NCBI GenBank assembly: GCA_017513475.1
Contig: JAFXFR010000027.1
Location: forward strand, 9,882-73,881
Length of the DNA stretch: 64,000 bases
Direction of reading: 5' to 3'
Origin: Clostridia bacterium
GTDB lineage: Bacteria > Bacillota > Clostridia > Christensenellales > Aristaeellaceae
Shown in pieces: positions 49,993 through 58,630 of this stretch; positions within the stretch are counted from its first letter, which is position 1, and each line of letters begins with the position of its first letter. Position numbers and translations under genes: made by a program. Under the pieces are notes generated by a model. The model did no database searches. It was given only the letters and a program-made list of their open reading frames with translations, and was not told where the DNA came from.

Positions 49993-50605
49993 GGCAGGTG
50001 GCACCAGCCTTTCTGTATGGACAGGTCTTGTTCAGCGCGCAATGGGCGCAGCCGCGCACGCGGGCAGGCTGCGGCGCATCGGCAATGCCGACGATGGCGC
50101 TGACGCTCTTTTGCGGGGTCATCATCAGGGTATCGGTGACCGCCACGCCGATGCGGCCGGCCCCGGCAGATTCCAGCAATCGGGGCTGCACGTCCAGCGG
50201 CAGATCGCCATAGCCGGGGGAGAAGCGGTCGGTCAGGTGCTTGCCGGGGAAGCGGGCGCGGATGGCGTTCTCCGCCGCATCGCAGCCGGCTTCCACATAT
50301 ACGCTGCCCAGCGCGTCCAGCATGACGGCGCGGGCCATATCGCGGGCGGAAAGCTGCCGCATCCACCGGTCGAATTCCGCGCCGAGGGTGCATACCAGCA
50401 CGGCGGATCGCGGGCAGTCCGCGAGCATCCGCTGGGCCAGCTGGCCGGGCAGCGCGAGTTCGGCTGTATCCGTCAGCGCCCAGGTGAAGCGCGGCGTGAT
50501 GCGGCTTTGCAGCTCTTCCGCCAGGGCGGTGAGGCCGGTGAGCAGGGCCGCGTCAGGGCTTTGTGCGCCCAAATAGCGCAGAGCTTCCTGCATGTTCAGC
50601 TCCAT
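49985..50605 (-). CDS. Methionine synthase activation (AdoMet-binding) domain protein
   Basis: About 206 aa. Resembles the stand-alone Met_synt_B12 activation domain. GGGAGG RBS precedes ATG 50605. Overlaps the metH start. Confidence 0.65.
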   Translation of the reverse strand: MELNMQEALRYLGAQSPDAALLTGLTALAEELQSRITPRFTWALTDTAELALPGQLAQRMLADCPRSAVLVCTLGAEFDRWMRQLSARDMARAVMLDALGSVYVEAGCDAAENAIRARFPGKHLTDRFSPGYGDLPLDVQPRLLESAGAGRIGVAVTDTLMMTPQKSVSAIVGIADAPQPARVRGCAHCALNKTCPYRKAGATCHV

Positions 50606-50635
50606 GTGCCTGCCTCCCTTGCGCGTATTGCTAAC

Positions 50636-50664
50636 ATTATACATGGTTGCGGAGGATTTGTACA
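50636..50664 (-). promoter_or_regulatory. Promoter for the met operon (activation domain gene, metH, metA, amidohydrolase)
   Basis: Minus strand TGTACA-17 nt-TATAAT. The leader is only about 30 nt, which leaves no room for a riboswitch. Confidence 0.45.
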
Positions 50665-50701
50665 GTTTTCTTGGTGTACGAAAAAACCGCGCAAGGCGGT
50701 C

Positions 50702-51142
50702 TTACCAGTTGCAGGGCTTTTTGCCATTACGGACGCGTTCACGGTTGGGGTGGAAGGACCACTCCATCATACCGAGGAGGATGATGCAGCCGCCGCAGAC
50801 CAGGATGTAGCTGAAAAATATGCGAGAGATCCACTTACCGTCTGCCAGAAGAGCCCCCACAATTACCGGCAGAAACAGCGCGTGCAACGTGAGGTTCATC
50901 CCGCGTAGTACTTGGACGATGAAGGTTGCCTTGATGACCTTGCGTTCCAGCTTGCTGTACTTGTCGCGCACATAGCGGGGTGCGTCCAGCAACAGCCAGC
51001 GCCGTCCCAAAGGTACTTCTGCTTTGTAGCGTTTGCTGGCCTTGGCGGACTGATGGCTGCGAACCTCACAACCGAAGAGAGAACGGCAGATCAGCAGCAT
51101 CAGCAGGGCACCGAGGATAGCGCCAATGGGTGAAACGTTCAT
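50702..51142 (-). CDS. Hypothetical membrane protein (146 aa)
   Basis: AAGGAGGAA RBS. Its ATG overlaps the stop of the upstream nucleotidyltransferase gene (ATGA). Has 3-4 hydrophobic helices. Confidence 0.45.
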   Translation of the reverse strand: MNVSPIGAILGALLMLLICRSLFGCEVRSHQSAKASKRYKAEVPLGRRWLLLDAPRYVRDKYSKLERKVIKATFIVQVLRGMNLTLHALFLPVIVGALLADGKWISRIFFSYILVCGGCIILLGMMEWSFHPNRERVRNGKKPCNW

Positions 51143-51933
51143 GGTGTTCCTCCTTGATATTCCTGCATCCCCAGCGCCTTCTCCAGCAGCGCCGCGAAGG
51201 ACTGGATGGCCTCCGTCAGGCCCTCGGCGTAGGCGAGGACGCCTTCGTCCCGGATCAGCTCCGGCTGGCGGCGCACCGTCAGCGCCATGGAGAGCTCCGC
51301 CGGGCAGGGGCAGACGCGCTCGTCCAGCGCCCACTGGGCCGCGGCGGTCTTGGTGATGGGGCGGCCGTTCACCAGCACATACATACACCGGGCGATATCC
51401 AGCAGCCACCCGTAGGCATAGATGCTCCGCGCGCCCCGGCCATGCTCGCGGATGGTGTGGGTATGATCGGCGATGGCGGCTGTGATCTGGGCATAATCCG
51501 GCATTTCGATATGGCGGCGCACGTCCTTGCCCAGCAGGAGGTGGCCTGTCTGTAAAAGCGACATGCGGTCAAAGGCGGAGAAGGCATGGCTGGTCTTGAT
51601 GCGCTCGCCGGTGGTGCCCCAGTAGACCACGCGGGTCTCGCCGCCGGTGAGGAAGCTGCCCAGGTCGAGCATGCCGCCCTCAAAGAGGCGGTAATGGGGC
51701 GTATCCGGGTCGCGGGAGGCAAGGGCTTGGCGGAGCGTCACCAGTGCGGAGGCTTGCGCCTCCGTGATGGGCTCCCGGGTCAGCACCAGCAGGTCGATAT
51801 CGCTCCAGCCGGGGTGGTAATCCTCCGCCGTCACGGAGCCGTAGAGGTAGATGGAAGGCTGCGCATCCGCCAATATGCGGGCGATGCTCACGGCCATGGT
51901 GTTGATGGCCAGGCGCAGACGGGGTTCAAGCAT
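51139..51933 (-). CDS. Pol-beta-type nucleotidyltransferase with DUF4111-like C-terminal domain (aminoglycoside adenylyltransferase-like)
   Basis: IYLYGSVTAEDYHPGWSDIDLLVL matches the G-S...D-x-D motif of ANT(3'')/AadA-like enzymes. GGGAGG RBS. Confidence 0.6.
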   Translation of the reverse strand: MLEPRLRLAINTMAVSIARILADAQPSIYLYGSVTAEDYHPGWSDIDLLVLTREPITEAQASALVTLRQALASRDPDTPHYRLFEGGMLDLGSFLTGGETRVVYWGTTGERIKTSHAFSAFDRMSLLQTGHLLLGKDVRRHIEMPDYAQITAAIADHTHTIREHGRGARSIYAYGWLLDIARCMYVLVNGRPITKTAAAQWALDERVCPCPAELSMALTVRRQPELIRDEGVLAYAEGLTEAIQSFAALLEKALGMQEYQGGTP

Positions 51934-51947
51934 GCTTCATCCTCCCG

Positions 51948-52745
51948 TCAAAACAGCGCGATGAATTGCTGCCAGGCATTGCCGAGGTGCTCCCAATGGA
52001 CGGTCTTGCCCATCAGGTATTCCAGGCCGATCAGCAGCACCAGATGCGCCGGATAGATGGCGTAGCCGGCCCACTTCGGCAGACGTACCTGCCCGGGAAT
52101 GGTCCACAGCATCAGCGGCAGGGACAGCAGCGCCATGCCCTGCATCCGCAGAAAGGGGGAGAGCATCATGCCCAGCCTGGTGCGGGTAAATCCGGTCAGG
52201 CTCAGCCCGAACAGGCTGCCCAGCGTGTAGGAGCTGCTGCCCCAGTACAGGCAGAAGGCCACCATCACCGCAGCGATACCCGGGCGGGAGTCCTTTACGG
52301 CCCACAGCAGCAGGATCAGCAGTACGCCCTTCCAGCCGTAGTCCACATCCAGCAGCCAGGCCAGGGCGAGGGCAACCACCGGCGCCCAGATGTGGCTGCA
52401 GTACTTTTTCTCCCGCAGTCCCCAAAGGCCAAGCAGCGCCACCAGCAGCGTCAGGAAGATGTTGAAGTCGTTCCAGGGGTGATGGAGCGCAACCATGTAC
52501 AGCGGCTGGGAGATCAGGCCGATCAGGCCGATTCGCAGGATGTACCTGGGGAAGCAACGGGTATTTGCTGCGCCCACCACCATGCACCAGCAGTACAGCG
52601 GGAAGGCAATGCGCCCCAGAACACGCAGATCCGGCAGGTCGGGGAAGCACATCTTGCCAGCGTGATCAAGGAACATAAACAGCAGTGCGATCAGCTTCAG
52701 CAGGCTGGTATTCGTGTTGCCTGCGATGGATGCTTTTTGTGTCAT
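51948..52745 (-). CDS. TraX family membrane protein
   Basis: The LLKLIALLFMFLDHAGK N-terminal block and polytopic profile are typical of TraX. GAGGTG RBS precedes ATG 52745. Confidence 0.7.
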   Translation of the reverse strand: MTQKASIAGNTNTSLLKLIALLFMFLDHAGKMCFPDLPDLRVLGRIAFPLYCWCMVVGAANTRCFPRYILRIGLIGLISQPLYMVALHHPWNDFNIFLTLLVALLGLWGLREKKYCSHIWAPVVALALAWLLDVDYGWKGVLLILLLWAVKDSRPGIAAVMVAFCLYWGSSSYTLGSLFGLSLTGFTRTRLGMMLSPFLRMQGMALLSLPLMLWTIPGQVRLPKWAGYAIYPAHLVLLIGLEYLMGKTVHWEHLGNAWQQFIALF

Positions 52746-52775
52746 AGCGGCACCTCGAAGGGATGAATATGGGAT

Positions 52776-52804
52776 AGTATACAGCAAAACCGGGCGCGAA
52801 GCAA
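52776..52804 (-). promoter_or_regulatory. Promoter for the TraX / nucleotidyltransferase / membrane protein operon
   Basis: Minus strand TTGCTT-17 nt-TATACT. Confidence 0.45.
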
Positions 52805-52846
52805 GCGATGCAGAAAAAAGGGGCCGCCTTGAGCAGCCCCATGGAG

Positions 52847-55348
52847 TTATTGCAGATTGTACACGCTGCGGATGCGCAGGTTTTCCGCCTTGCCGCGCAG
52901 AACGCGGATGCGCTTTTCGCCTGCGTTCATGTCGAAGGCGTTGTCGGAGAGAAGCATGTCCGCGTCGTCGGACTCAATCCACACCTGCCGTGCGAAGGAG
53001 GAGGCGCGGACGATGATCTCGTCGCCGTCGGCGGTCACTTCCAGCTGCGGGTCGAGGAAGTCGAAGTGTTTGGGCGCGCAGAAGATCGCTGTGCCCTCAC
53101 TGACGACTGCTCCACTGACCGTGAAGTCGAAGCTGACGTAGTGCCCGGTGAGGGTCGCGTCATCGAAGACCAGCTTGTCCAGCCACAACGCGGACAGCGC
53201 AGGCACGGTGACCTCCATGCTGCCCTCGCGGACGATGGCGGAATTGCCAGCGGGGCTCCCGCCCGCCGTGCGCAGCGCCCAGTGGACGGTGCCGGTCACA
53301 TCCTGCATGGTCTCGTTGGCCACGTTCAGGCGGACGGAGCGCTCGATGGGTGCGGTGCGGTACTCGTTGATCTTCGGATTCTGGCTCAGCTCGCCCTCCT
53401 CCTCGGCGGAGATCATGACGGGCGCAAAGAACCGCTTTGCCGCGTAGTGCAGGGCCTTCCAGCGGCCGAAGTAGTCGATGGACGACCAGCTTGCCACGGG
53501 CCAGCAGTCGTTGAGCTGCCAGATGATCGCGCCCATGCAGCGGCCGCGGTTGCGCCGCCAGTGCTCCACGCCGTAGCGGATGGCCTCCGCCTGCAGGAGC
53601 TGGGAAGCATAGAACAGGTCGTCAAAGCTGGTGGGATACTTGAAGGTCTGGGCCAGGTAGGCCATGATCTTGCCGTTGGCGGCGCCGTTGCGCTGGTGGC
53701 GCTCCATGATGCGGGAGAAAATGTTGCGGTCGCCGGGCTCGGTGAAGGACTCGACGGTTTTGAGGCAGGGGAAGGACTGGAAGCCGAACTCGCTGGCGTA
53801 GCGGAAGAAGAACTTGCGGTACTCGGTGAAGGGCTTCTCGCCGTGCCAGACGTCCCAGTAATGCACGTCGCCGCGGTTGAAGTCGTTGGCATTGTCGAAG
53901 TCGCCGCCGGAGGAGGGGGACGCCGGCCACCAGAAGGTATCCGGCGCATGCTGCCTGACAAGGCGGGGCAGGAGGTACTCGAACATCTTCACATAGTCGG
54001 TGACATGGCGGCGGTTCTTGGGGGAAAAGCCGTTGCTGCCGTGGACGAGGCTGTCGTTGGCATAGCCCATGAACATCTCCATCTCATTGTTGCCGCAGAT
54101 GAGCGCCAGCGAGGCATGGTGGTGCAGCCGCTGCACGTTTTGCCGGGTCTCCACGCAGATGGAGGCTTCAAAATCCTCCGTCAGGTCGTAGAAGGCGCAG
54201 GCGTACATCAGGTCCTGCCAGACGAGAAGACCAAGTTCATCGCAGATATCGTAGAAGAAATCGTCCGGGTAGTATCCGCCGCCCCAGATGCGCACGGTGT
54301 TCATGTTGGCAAGGGCAGCGTCCTCCAGCAGACGGCGGGTGCGCTCGGGGGTGACGCGGGCGAGGATGTTGTCCTCAGGGATGTAGTCCGCGCCCATGGC
54401 GAAGATCTTGACCCCATTGACAATGTGGCAGAATTCCTCGCCCCACTGATCCTTCTCCCGGCTGACGGAGAGGGTGCGCAGGCCGATGCGGCGGGTGTAG
54501 GTATCCACCACCACGCCGTCCACGATTGCGCGGACTTCCACCGTGTACAGAGGCTGGTCGCCGTAGCCGCGGGGCCACCAGAGCTGGGGATCAGGAATGG
54601 CGAGCGTATGCACTTCGGCGTCGTCGGGGAGCATTTTCGAGGTGATCACCGTGCCGTCGGGGGCGGTGATGACGGCCTGCCATTCGGGGCAGATATCCTC
54701 GTCCCGCTGGCGGATCCAGGGGCGCAGACCAACCTCCACGCGGCCATCCTCGTGATGCACCTGGCGGAAGTCCACCGTGGTGATGACGGCCTCTTCCCAG
54801 CAGCGCAGGTAAATGGGCCGCCACACGCCCGCGTCGGGCAGACGGGGGCCCCAGTCCCAGCCGAACATGCAGTGGGCCTTGCGCAGGTGGCGGAAGCCGG
54901 GGGTCGCATCGGAGGACTCCCAACCGGGAGCGCGCTCGGCCGCCTCGGCGCAGTAGTTGATCGGGCTGCGGAAGATGATGCGCAGCTCGTTCTCGCCCTC
55001 GTGCAGCAGGGACTTCACGTCCCACTCCCAGGTGATGTGCATGTTGTCCGCATGGCCGATGGGCGTGCCGTTGAGGAACACGTCCGCCAGGGTGTCAAGG
55101 CCTTCGCAGATCAGCTCCACCCGGGAGGGAAGCTCCTGCGGCGCGGGGAAGGAACACACATATTCCCAGTCCTTCTTCATCAGGTCGAAGAAGGCAAACT
55201 CGTTGTCGCGGTAAAAGGGATCGGGCATGGTGCCGTCGGCCATGAGGTCGGCATAAACGCTGCCGGGGACATGGGCCTCGTGCCAGATATCGCTGCCAAG
55301 CTCATGCATACGCCACATCGCAGCGGACAGGTCAATCAGCTTTTTCAT
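52847..55348 (-). CDS. GH2 beta-mannosidase
   Basis: The MFGWDWGP motif and GH2 architecture support the call. Start at ATG 55348 (MKKLIDLS), which has an AAGGAG RBS. Confidence 0.8.
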   Translation of the reverse strand: MKKLIDLSAAMWRMHELGSDIWHEAHVPGSVYADLMADGTMPDPFYRDNEFAFFDLMKKDWEYVCSFPAPQELPSRVELICEGLDTLADVFLNGTPIGHADNMHITWEWDVKSLLHEGENELRIIFRSPINYCAEAAERAPGWESSDATPGFRHLRKAHCMFGWDWGPRLPDAGVWRPIYLRCWEEAVITTVDFRQVHHEDGRVEVGLRPWIRQRDEDICPEWQAVITAPDGTVITSKMLPDDAEVHTLAIPDPQLWWPRGYGDQPLYTVEVRAIVDGVVVDTYTRRIGLRTLSVSREKDQWGEEFCHIVNGVKIFAMGADYIPEDNILARVTPERTRRLLEDAALANMNTVRIWGGGYYPDDFFYDICDELGLLVWQDLMYACAFYDLTEDFEASICVETRQNVQRLHHHASLALICGNNEMEMFMGYANDSLVHGSNGFSPKNRRHVTDYVKMFEYLLPRLVRQHAPDTFWWPASPSSGGDFDNANDFNRGDVHYWDVWHGEKPFTEYRKFFFRYASEFGFQSFPCLKTVESFTEPGDRNIFSRIMERHQRNGAANGKIMAYLAQTFKYPTSFDDLFYASQLLQAEAIRYGVEHWRRNRGRCMGAIIWQLNDCWPVASWSSIDYFGRWKALHYAAKRFFAPVMISAEEEGELSQNPKINEYRTAPIERSVRLNVANETMQDVTGTVHWALRTAGGSPAGNSAIVREGSMEVTVPALSALWLDKLVFDDATLTGHYVSFDFTVSGAVVSEGTAIFCAPKHFDFLDPQLEVTADGDEIIVRASSFARQVWIESDDADMLLSDNAFDMNAGEKRIRVLRGKAENLRIRSVYNLQ

Positions 55349-55379
55349 TTGCAACGCTCCTTGTGGAGTGGTTTTCTGT

Positions 55380-55408
55380 ATGATAGCATAACCGCTGGCA
55401 GGTGTCAA
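55380..55408 (-). promoter_or_regulatory. Promoter for the GH2 gene
   Basis: Minus strand TTGACA-17 nt-(TGC)TATCAT. Confidence 0.55.
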
Positions 55409-55414
55409 CGCATG

Positions 55415-55441
55415 AAAAAAGGCTCCCCGAGGCGGGGAGCT
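55415..55441 (-). terminator. Terminator after the second LRR gene (part of a repeat module)
   Basis: Minus strand AGCTCCCCGCCTCGGGGAGCC followed by TTTTTT. Confidence 0.75.
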
Positions 55442-55463
55442 GTCGCTGCAAGGTGACTGAGGG
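55421..55463 (-). repeat. Terminator-associated repeat module (CCCTCAGTCA plus two hairpins)
   Basis: Minus strand CCCCTCAGTCACCTTGCAGCGACAGCTCCCCGCCTCGGGGAGCC. The CCCTCAGTCA-plus-hairpin submodule recurs at 30911-30934. Confidence 0.6.
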
Positions 55464-55474
55464 GTTGCAGGGCC

Positions 55475-57139
55475 TCATTCCTCGTCGCCCCACCAACGAT
55501 ACCCGACGCGGGCTTCGTACTCTTCGGCGGTCTCGAAGTGAGTGGAATCGCTGGCGACGATGACGGACGTTTCATCATAAAAGAAAGCGCCGCGCTGTAT
55601 CAGCTCCACCGATGCCGGAATCACAACAGGCTCCGTGATGACCACGCAGAAAGCCTCTGTTTCGATTACACGCAGGCTCTCGGGCAGGGTGAGATGGCCG
55701 AGTTCCCAGTCGTAAAACGCAAAGGAGCCGATCTCCTCTACGCCCTCCGGGATGACTACGTTCTGTCCCCACTCGGTGCCCCAGTTTTCCATGCTGCTGG
55801 AACCGATGCGGCGGACGGCGGGGATGGGCTTATCCGCGCACTGCGGCGTGGTGAAGAGGAGCGTATCCGTCTGCTTGTCGATGAGGAAGCCATCACGCAT
55901 TTCGTAACGCGGATTTCCTTCCGCAACGATGAACTCGGCGTGCACATGGTCGAAGCAGCCCTCCGGGATATCCGTCAGGCTGGCGGGAAAGTAAATCGCA
56001 TCCGCATTGTGGCAGCACCAGAATGCATCGTCAGACAGCCACTTCACGCCTTCGGGGATGACGAGGGCGAAGCTGTGTTCATAATACATTTCATAGGTAT
56101 TCAGCGCGTTGTCGGCGATGCCGATAACCGGCTGTCCGCCCAGTTCGGAGGGAAGTGTGATAACCCGCGGCACCCCATCGCCGTAGCCGTTGTAGTTCCA
56201 GTTGGTGATGACAGCGCCTTCATCGGTCAGCTCGTACTCGAACAGGTCAAGGGTGTATTCCTCCAGCAGGGAGTCGTCACCGGTGCGCTCGACGTATTCG
56301 AAGTAGGTCTCCAGCTGACCGTAGCCGTGGAAGAAAAGCTCCACCTCCGGGTCAAAGGCGTCCCAAGCCACAAAGGTGCACGTTGCGGGGATATCCACCT
56401 TTGTCAGCGGGCAGAGGTAAAACGCCCAGCTGCCGATGCTTTTGACGCTCGCCGGGATGGTGATCTCAGTGATATCGTTGCAGCTCAGCATCAGGTGGGG
56501 AATGCTGGTGAGGCCCGGAGGCAGCTTGATTTCGGTCAGGGAGGTGCAGTTGAAGGCGCCTGCGCCGATCTCCGTCACGCCAGCGGGGATGGTTACGCCG
56601 GTCACGTCCACACAGTCGTAGAACACTCCAGCGCCGATGGAAGTCAGTGTGTCCGGCAGGATGATGTGACCCTCGGCGTGCCAGTTTTTCAGGCATTCGT
56701 CCCCCAGACGAGTGACGGCGGGAAGGGGCTTCTCTGCTGCGGAGGGCGACGCATGCAGCAGCGTGTTCGTCCGTGCATCAATAAGGAAACCATCTTTGTT
56801 GGTGAAGTGCGGGTTGTTGGGATGGAGAACGATCTCCGTGCCGTAACCGAACTCGCCTTCTGGAAGCATTGTCATCGTTGCGGGTATCTCGATGGTATAT
56901 ACGATATACTCATGCCACATCGCGGATTCAGCGATACCCACCACTGGCGCGCCACCCAGCGTTTCTGGGATAGTGAGGCGTTCCATTACGCCGTCGGGGA
57001 AGGCGTAGTCGGTAATCACCGCGCCCTCATCCGTCAGCACATACGAAAAATCACCCTCGGTGAAGACCTCCGCCTCCTCCGCGAATGCCGCGCCCATCGT
57101 GCACAGCGCCATCAGTAATATAGCCAGCAGCTTTCTCAT
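55475..57139 (-). CDS. BspA-type leucine-rich repeat surface protein (two-module)
   Basis: Signal peptide MRKLLAILLMALCTMGAAFA. Two similar modules each begin with ..Y.LTDEGAVIT.. and continue into LRR-like units. Confidence 0.7.
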   Translation of the reverse strand: MRKLLAILLMALCTMGAAFAEEAEVFTEGDFSYVLTDEGAVITDYAFPDGVMERLTIPETLGGAPVVGIAESAMWHEYIVYTIEIPATMTMLPEGEFGYGTEIVLHPNNPHFTNKDGFLIDARTNTLLHASPSAAEKPLPAVTRLGDECLKNWHAEGHIILPDTLTSIGAGVFYDCVDVTGVTIPAGVTEIGAGAFNCTSLTEIKLPPGLTSIPHLMLSCNDITEITIPASVKSIGSWAFYLCPLTKVDIPATCTFVAWDAFDPEVELFFHGYGQLETYFEYVERTGDDSLLEEYTLDLFEYELTDEGAVITNWNYNGYGDGVPRVITLPSELGGQPVIGIADNALNTYEMYYEHSFALVIPEGVKWLSDDAFWCCHNADAIYFPASLTDIPEGCFDHVHAEFIVAEGNPRYEMRDGFLIDKQTDTLLFTTPQCADKPIPAVRRIGSSSMENWGTEWGQNVVIPEGVEEIGSFAFYDWELGHLTLPESLRVIETEAFCVVITEPVVIPASVELIQRGAFFYDETSVIVASDSTHFETAEEYEARVGYRWWGDEE

Positions 57140-57283
57140 AAAAAGACCGCCTTTCATGCGTGTATCTACATACATAACGCACGAGGCGGCCAAAATATTT
57201 CATATTTTTGCTATTTGTTTTGTGCAGCGTAGCGGACGATTCCGGCAACGGCCAGGCTGGGCGAGGAAAGGGGGCGAAGCCTT

Positions 57284-58630
57284 TCACTTGCCTACGCAGA
57301 ACATGCCGAACACCCGGTCCAGCAGACGCTCCTCGACCTCGTCGCCGGTGATTTCGGCCAGGGCCAGCTGGGCGGCTTGCAGGTCGATGGAGGCCATGTC
57401 CACCGAGAGGGCGCGGGCGGTTTCCGCGGCCTGGCGCAGGTGACGCGCGGCGCGGCGGGCAGCTTCCACATGGCGGGGCTGGGTGAGGGCCAGATTGTCG
57501 CTGACGGCGGCCTGCTCGGCAAGGAAGGCCTTCAGCGGCGCGAGGGTCGCTTCGTCCGCCGCGGAGACGGTGAGGATGGGCGCATCAAGCAGCGCGGTCA
57601 CGTCGGCAGAAGACAGCACGGGGGACAAGTCCGCCTTGTTCAGCACGATCAGCACGTTGCGGCCCTGCAGTTCGGCAAGGAGGGCGCGGTCATCCGCGTC
57701 CAGGGGGCGGCTCTGGTCAAAGACGGCCAGGACAAGGTCGGCGTCCTCCATGGCGCGGCGGGCGCGTGCCACGCCCAGCTGCTCCACCGGGTCGTCGGTG
57801 GCGTGAAGGCCGGCGGTGTCCGTCAGGTGGATGACGCTGCCGCCCAGAATGAGATCGCCCTGCACCATGTCGCGGGTGGTGCCGGGGATGGGCGTGACGA
57901 TGGCGCGCTCCTCGCCCAGCAGGGCGTTGAGCAGGCTCGACTTGCCCACGTTGGGCTGGCCGCAGAGGGCCACGCGCAGGCCGGATTGCAGGATTCGCGC
58001 CGCCCGCTCGTCACAGGCGGAATCGATCTGTGCGGCGAGGGCTTCCGTGCGGGGGAGCATATCAGCGGCGGCCTCGGATTCGTCGATCTCCTCGGGGTAG
58101 TCGATGCAGGCCGCCACGCCTGCCTGGATGGCGTAGAGCTCGTCCGCGGCCTTGCGGATGAAGCTCGACGCGCCGCCCTTGAGCTGGCGCATTGCCGCGC
58201 GGTGGGATTGATCGCCCTGGGCCGCGATGAGGTTCATGACGGCCTCCGCCTGGGAAAGGTCGATGCGCCCGTTCAGGAACGCCCGCCGGGTGAATTCGCC
58301 GGGAGCAGCCAGCTCCGCGCCGTGACGCAGGCAGAGTTCCAGCACCCGCTGAGCGATGTATCCGCCGCCGTGGAGCTGGATCTCCGCCACATCCTCGCGG
58401 GTGTAGGAGCGGGGCGCGCGCATGAGGACGGCCATGCACTCATCCACGGTGGAATCGCCGTCATAGACATGCCCGTAGGTCAGCATATGGCTGGGGGGCG
58501 TCGCCCCTTTTTTTGCGGGCTGAAACACTTCATAGAGGATGCGCTCTGCTTCGGGGCCGCTCAGGCGGACGATGGCCACGCCGCCCTGTCCGGGAGCGGT
58601 GGCGATGGCCGCAATCGTTGATGTATTCAT
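57284..58630 (-). CDS. mnmE: tRNA modification GTPase MnmE
   Basis: N-terminal IAAIATAPGQGGVAIVRLSG, G1 motif GQPNVGKSSLLNAL, and C-terminal FCVGK. Confidence 0.9.
   Translation of the reverse strand: MNTSTIAAIATAPGQGGVAIVRLSGPEAERILYEVFQPAKKGATPPSHMLTYGHVYDGDSTVDECMAVLMRAPRSYTREDVAEIQLHGGGYIAQRVLELCLRHGAELAAPGEFTRRAFLNGRIDLSQAEAVMNLIAAQGDQSHRAAMRQLKGGASSFIRKAADELYAIQAGVAACIDYPEEIDESEAAADMLPRTEALAAQIDSACDERAARILQSGLRVALCGQPNVGKSSLLNALLGEERAIVTPIPGTTRDMVQGDLILGGSVIHLTDTAGLHATDDPVEQLGVARARRAMEDADLVLAVFDQSRPLDADDRALLAELQGRNVLIVLNKADLSPVLSSADVTALLDAPILTVSAADEATLAPLKAFLAEQAAVSDNLALTQPRHVEAARRAARHLRQAAETARALSVDMASIDLQAAQLALAEITGDEVEERLLDRVFGMFCVGK

Noticed and set aside
50606-50701. I looked for a SAM (S-box) riboswitch upstream of the met operon, and for a T-box upstream of asnA (27029-27265).
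   Set aside because: The leaders are too short (about 30 nt) once the promoters are placed. I could not find the conserved S-box or T-box sequence blocks (for example the AGAGA/GNUGGNA-type T-box elements).
57262-57284. A copy of the AAAGGGGG(C)GAAG(C)C motif on the plus strand followed by a TTG, which might start a plus-strand gene antisense to mnmE (ORF 57060..57443).
   Set aside because: The downstream frame is antisense to the strongly supported mnmE gene and translates to Ser/Arg/Ala-rich low-complexity sequence. It is more likely a repeat-family hairpin acting near the mnmE 3' end.
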